Assembly: GCF_000150275.1 (NCBI RefSeq)
Contig: NW_002061051.1
Coordinates: 1 to 12,748 of the forward strand
Direction of reading: 5' to 3'
Length of the DNA: 12,748 nucleotides
Origin: Trichoplax adhaerens
Lineage: Eukaryota > Animalia > Placozoa
Positions 11,201-12,748 of the stretch are shown one piece after another. How positions within the stretch are numbered: the stretch's first letter is position 1; every line of letters starts with the position of its first letter. Both the position numbers and the translations under genes were made by a program. A model generated the notes under the pieces. It made no database searches. It was given only the letters and a program-made list of their open reading frames with translations, and was not told where the DNA came from.

Positions 11201-12748
11201 AACACAACTTGGTGACAATCATCCAAGTATTGCTGTAACTTATACAAATATTGGGCTAGTCTATAAAAATCAAGGCAAGTATGACGATGCTCTATCGATG
11301 TATAACAAATCACTGAAGATTCAACTAACACAACTCGGCGACAATTATCCAAGTATTGCTGCAACTTATACAAATATTGGGCTAGTCTATAATGACCAAG
11401 GCAAGTATGACGACGCTCTATCGATGTATAACAAATCACTCAAGATTAACCTAACTCAACTTGGTGACAATCATCCAAGTATTGCTACGACATATTGCAA
11501 CATTGGTAGTGTGTATAAAGATCAAGGCAAGTATGACGACGCTCTATCGATGTATAACAAATCACTCAAGATTCAACTAACACAACTTGGTGACAATCAT
11601 CCAAGTATTGCTACGACATATCACAACATTGGTAGTGTGTATGAAGATCAAGGCAAGTATGACGACGCTCTATCGATATATAACAAATCATTGAAGATTG
11701 ACCTAACACAACTTGGTGACAATCATTCAAATATTGCTACGACATATCACAACATTGGTAGTGTGTATGAAGATCAAGGCAAGTATGACGACGCTCTATC
11801 GATGTATAACAAATCACTGAAGATTAAACTAACACAACTTGGTGACAATCATCCAAGTATTGCTGCAACTTACAGAAATATTGGTCAAGTCTATAATGAT
11901 CAAGGCAAGTATGACGACGCTCTATCGATGTATAACAAATCACTCAAGATTCACCTAACACAACTTGGTGACAATCATCCAAGTATTGCTACGACATATC
12001 ACAACATTGGTAGTGTGTATCAAGGCAAGTATGACGACGCTCTATCGATGTATAACAAATCAATGAAGATTGACCTAACACAACTTGATGACAATCATCC
12101 AAGTATTGCTGTAACTTATACAAATATTGGGCAAGTCTATAAAGATCAAGGCAAGTATGACGACGCTCTATCGATGTATAATAAATCACTGAAGATTCAA
12201 CTTACACAACTTGGTGACAATCATCCAAGTATTGCTACGACATATCATAACATTGGTAGTGTCTATAAAGATCAAGGCAAGTATGACGACGCTCTATCGA
12301 TGTATAATAAATCACTGAAGATTCAACTTACACAACTTGGTGACAATCATCCAAGTATTGCTACGACATATCATAACATTGGTAGTGTCTATAAAGATCA
12401 AGGCAAGTATGACGATGCTCTATCAATGTTAAACAAGTCACTGCAAATTTCTTTAGTAACGCTAGGCGAGAATCATCTTCATACTGCCCAGCTGTATCGA
12501 AGCCAAGCTGTAGTCAATTATAAACTGTCGAATTATCGTCAAGCATTTTCATTATATCGAAAGTCCATTAACAGTCTACGCAATGTCTACGGAGAGAGTC
12601 ATCCTCAAATTATCGAAGATGAGAAACAAATTAATTACTGTTCCAATCAATTGCAAGAAAACGAGAAGGAGCCTTCTGCATTGGAAATAGCCAACATCAT
12701 TCGACAACTTCTGGCTCAATATGCAGACAATAAAAGAGTCATCGACAA
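8283..12748 (+). CDS. Large 42-aa TPR-repeat protein (kinesin-light-chain / nephrocystin-3-like repeat class), 3'-incomplete, at least 1488 aa
   Basis: The ATG at 8283 is in the context AACATGG, with an in-frame TGA at 8277-8279. It reads MAAYESTKLTIIDETESIHKKGAKCFEEGNYEQALLHYKEA... A 156-aa N-terminal region of divergent TPRs precedes 29 units of QGKYDDALSMYNKSLKIxLTQLGDNHPSIAxTYxxIGxVYxx, followed by divergent capping repeats and ...ALEIANIIRQLLAQYADNKRVID. I found no stop codon up to the window end and no signal peptide. Confidence 0.95.
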   Translation, partial: MAAYESTKLTIIDETESIHKKGAKCFEEGNYEQALLHYKEAATQIQSMSKNSNNNYDHQLECDIYLDIADCYLSQYKLIEADKWRRNAKKLAEQPQDRVRIAKCFDRQGCIKQLQGDLNGALEDFNKSLRIKSEWSESEDINISESYRNIASIYGNQGKYNDALSMYNKSLKIKLTQLGDNHPSIAVTYTNIGQVYKDQGKYDDALSMCNKSLKIQLTQLGDNHPSIATTYHSIGGVYYHQGKYDDALSMYNKSLKIDLTQLGDNHPSVAVTYTNIGQVYNDQGKYDDALSMYNKSLKIKLTQLGDNHPSIATTYHNIGGVYKVQGKYDDAVSIYNKSLKIDLTQLGDNHPSIATTYHSIGGVYYHQGKYGDALSMYNKSLKIKLTQLGDNHPSIAVTYTNIGLAYKDQGKYDDALSMYNKSLKIHLTQLGDNHPSIAVTYTNIGQVYNDQGKYDDALSMYNKSLKIKLTQLGDNHPSIATTYHSIGGVYYHQGKYDDALSMYNKSLKIKLTQLGDNHPSNATTYHSIGDVYYHQGKYDDALSMYNKSLKIKLTQLGDNHPSNATTYHSIGGVYEDQGKYDDALSMYNKSLKIKLTQLGDNHPSIAMTYHNIGSVYKDQGKYDDALSMYNKSLKIKLTQLGDNHPSIATTYHYIGSVYEDQGKYDDALSMYNKSLKIKLTQLGDNHPSIATTYHNIGNVYNDQGKYDDALSMYNKSLKIKLTQLGDNHPSIAMTYHNIGSVYEDQGKYDDALSIYNKSLKIHLTQLGDNHPSIATTYHNIGSVYEDQGKYDDALSMYNKSLKIQLTQLGDNHPSIAATYHNIGGVYKDQGKYDDALSMYNKSLKIQLTQLGDNHPSIATTYHNIGGVYYYQSKFDDALSMYNKSLKIHLTQLGDNHPSIAMTYHNIGSVYKDQGKYDDALSMYNKSLKIQLTQLGDNHPSIATTYCNIGGVYYYQSKYDDALSMYNKSLKIKLTQLGDNHPSIAVTYTNIGLVYKNQGKYDDALSMYNKSLKIQLTQLGDNYPSIAATYTNIGLVYNDQGKYDDALSMYNKSLKINLTQLGDNHPSIATTYCNIGSVYKDQGKYDDALSMYNKSLKIQLTQLGDNHPSIATTYHNIGSVYEDQGKYDDALSIYNKSLKIDLTQLGDNHSNIATTYHNIGSVYEDQGKYDDALSMYNKSLKIKLTQLGDNHPSIAATYRNIGQVYNDQGKYDDALSMYNKSLKIHLTQLGDNHPSIATTYHNIGSVYQGKYDDALSMYNKSMKIDLTQLDDNHPSIAVTYTNIGQVYKDQGKYDDALSMYNKSLKIQLTQLGDNHPSIATTYHNIGSVYKDQGKYDDALSMYNKSLKIQLTQLGDNHPSIATTYHNIGSVYKDQGKYDDALSMLNKSLQISLVTLGENHLHTAQLYRSQAVVNYKLSNYRQAFSLYRKSINSLRNVYGESHPQIIEDEKQINYCSNQLQENEKEPSALEIANIIRQLLAQYADNKRVID
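8751..12398 (+). repeat. Coding tandem array of 29 x 126-bp units (unit 26 is 120 bp), followed by a degenerate 30th unit
   Basis: CAAGGCAAG/CAAAGCAAG starts occur every 126 bp from 8751 to 11901, then at 12021 (6-bp in-frame deletion), 12147, 12273 and 12399. Confidence 0.97.

Noticed and set aside
9430-12189. Minus-strand ORFs 9430-9675, 11194-11439 and 11989-12189
   Set aside because: They are antisense shadows of the TPR array. Their repeated sequence simply mirrors the 126-bp unit.
8751-12398. CRISPR array interpretation of the constant/variable alternation
   Set aside because: The variable parts are homologous codon variants rather than unique spacers, the array is one open frame, the context is eukaryotic, and there are no cas genes.
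8751-12398. Diversity-generating retroelement (many variable codons could derive from AAY by adenine changes)
   Set aside because: There is no reverse transcriptase or template repeat in the window, and many adenine-rich codons (AAC AAA, AAT CAT) are invariant. Selection plus recombination explains the pattern.
8283-12748. Calling the gene kinesin light chain or NPHP3
   Set aside because: Only the 42-aa repeat class is shared. There is no KLC heptad region and no NPHP3 N-terminal or NTPase region, so no gene symbol is given.

Overview
This is AT-rich eukaryotic DNA with short GT-AG introns. The repeat protein it encodes resembles the 42-aa TPR expansions of early-branching animals such as the placozoan Trichoplax, but that organism call is an inference. 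From left to right the window holds: (1) an intronless GNAT acetyltransferase gene (AANAT/PAA1-like, minus strand), broken by one extra T so that its conserved C-terminus lies in the +1 frame; (2) a degenerate ~87-bp tandem repeat; (3) four 3' exons of a soluble epoxide hydrolase (EPHX2-like, minus strand) with no recognisable 5' exons; (4) two related solo-LTR-like elements (TG...CA ends, 5-bp target-site duplications) in opposite orientations; (5) a + strand ORF from 8283 that runs off the window (at least 1488 codons) and is missing from the ORF track because it has no stop. That ORF contains 29 near-identical 126-bp/42-aa TPR units whose variation is concentrated at seven residues, six of them on the groove-facing side of helix A. 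This hypervariable, apparently recombination-shuffled solenoid is the most interesting system here.
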